Below are positions 62,970 to 64,000 of a stretch of 64,000 bases of DNA, one piece after another (position 1 is the first letter of the stretch; each line of letters begins with the position of its first letter). Origin of the DNA: the human T2T-CHM13v2.0 reference genome, Homo sapiens; the NCBI RefSeq assembly GCF_009914755.1, contig NC_060933.1; one strand, given 5' to 3'. Made by a program: the position numbers and the translations under genes. The notes beneath the pieces were generated by a model. The model was not told the DNA's origin. It saw only the letters and a list, made by a program, of their open reading frames with translations, and ran no database searches.

Positions 62970-63362
62970 TGATTACTGGCCACGTGTATGTCTTCTTTTC
63001 AGAAAAGTGTCTGTTCATGTGCTTTGCCCACTTTTTAATGGATTTTTTTTTCATGTAAATGTATTTAAGTTCCTTCTAGGTGCTGGATATTAGACCTTTG
63101 TCTGATGCATAGTATGCAAAAATTTTCTCCCACTCTGTAGGTTGTCTGTTTACTTTGTTGATAGTTTATTTTGCTGTGCAAAAGCTCTTTAGTTTCATTA
63201 GATCTCATTTGCCACTTTTTGCTTTTCTTGCAATTGCTTTTGGCATCTTCGTCATGAAATCTTTGCCCGTGCCTATGTCCTGAATGATATACAACAAACT
63301 CCCATGACACACGTTTACCTGTGTAACACATGTACCCCTGAACTTAAAATAAAAGTACTTTA
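62970..63362 (+). mobile_element. Older L1PA insertion with 5' inversion (antisense ORF2 piece 62970-63290, sense 3' tip 63291-63360), inside a plus-strand L2 (about 62860-63645)
   Basis: Antisense L1 GTATGTCTTCTTTTC...CCTATGTCCTGAATG joined to sense ACAACAAACTCCCATGACAC...GTACCCCTGAACTTAAAATAAAAG. Degenerate TSD AAATGGCGTATTGTA / AAATGCCATATTATA. Confidence 0.88.
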
Positions 63363-63844
63363 AAATGCCATATTATAATTCACACCTTCCCTGACCACAC
63401 AATAAAGTATCAGCCCCCATCCTCCTACCCCACAACACTCTAATACTTGCTTTTTCTCTTTTAGTATTGTTTTTTAATGTATTGTATTTCTTATAATACA
63501 ATACAATGTATTGTTTATTTAATTGGTTATGTATTTAAGGCATGTCTTCATGTGCTAGAATGAAACCTCTATGAGGTGGAGACTTTGTCTATTTAACTTG
63601 CTGTTCTAAAACTCAGACAAAACACTCAGTATTTGTTTCATGGATGGAGCCTTACCACAAAAGCTTTAGAACTCAGTAGCCTCTTCAGAGAAGATAAATA
63701 ATTTGCTTAAGGTCACCCAGCTATTAAAGAGCTTCAAACTTAAGTACTTCCAAGTACTGTGTACTTCTGCTACATTATCACTGCCACCCACAAGTGAATT
63801 TCGTAAAATTTATCTTCAGTTCGCCTCCCAGAGGCATGAATGAG

Positions 63845-64000
63845 AACTTTCCCTGTAATAGGAAAGGAAAATCTATTGATCATTCATACGACTTAAACAA
63901 TAAGAAAATGTATTGGCTTATGTGATTGGGAAGTACAGACATAGAACGAACATTCGAGTTGGTTTGATCCAAGGCACAGCAAGGTCATAATGGACCTGAA
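63845..64000 (-). mobile_element. Old MaLR LTR fragment (MLT1-like)
   Basis: GACTTAAACAATAAGAAAATGTATTGGCTTATGTGA...GGTTTGATCCA. Confidence 0.55.

Overview
Primate (human-like) non-coding genomic DNA: Alu J/S/Y, L1PA7 and LTR12C are all present. I found no credible protein-coding exon, tRNA, rRNA or processed pseudogene. The long ORFs in the supplied track come from L1, LTR12C, Alu or simple repeats. The window is a dense mosaic of interspersed repeats: a full-length solo LTR12C, a solo LTR47-like LTR, several MaLR LTRs, six Alus plus a micro-Alu, about eight L1 fragments, one long L2, many MIR and L2 pieces, and hAT MITEs (MER1A, MER5A, MER58, MER117). Between them are unique islands, some rich in transcription-factor motifs. 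Most LTRs and Alus lie on the minus strand, which weakly suggests an intron of a plus-strand gene; the locus cannot be named from sequence alone. I cannot support a new biological system. The best-supported unusual observations are mechanistic fossils: three L1 5'-inversion (twin-priming) insertions with large internal gaps, one of them with the inverted piece drawn from its own internal deletion and a target site used twice; a 105-bp ungapped local templated duplication inserted into a MIR; an AluSc/AluSp mosaic with a perfect TSD; and an Alu reduced to about 21 nt of body. Subfamily calls and old-repeat boundaries come from recalled consensus sequences and are approximate.
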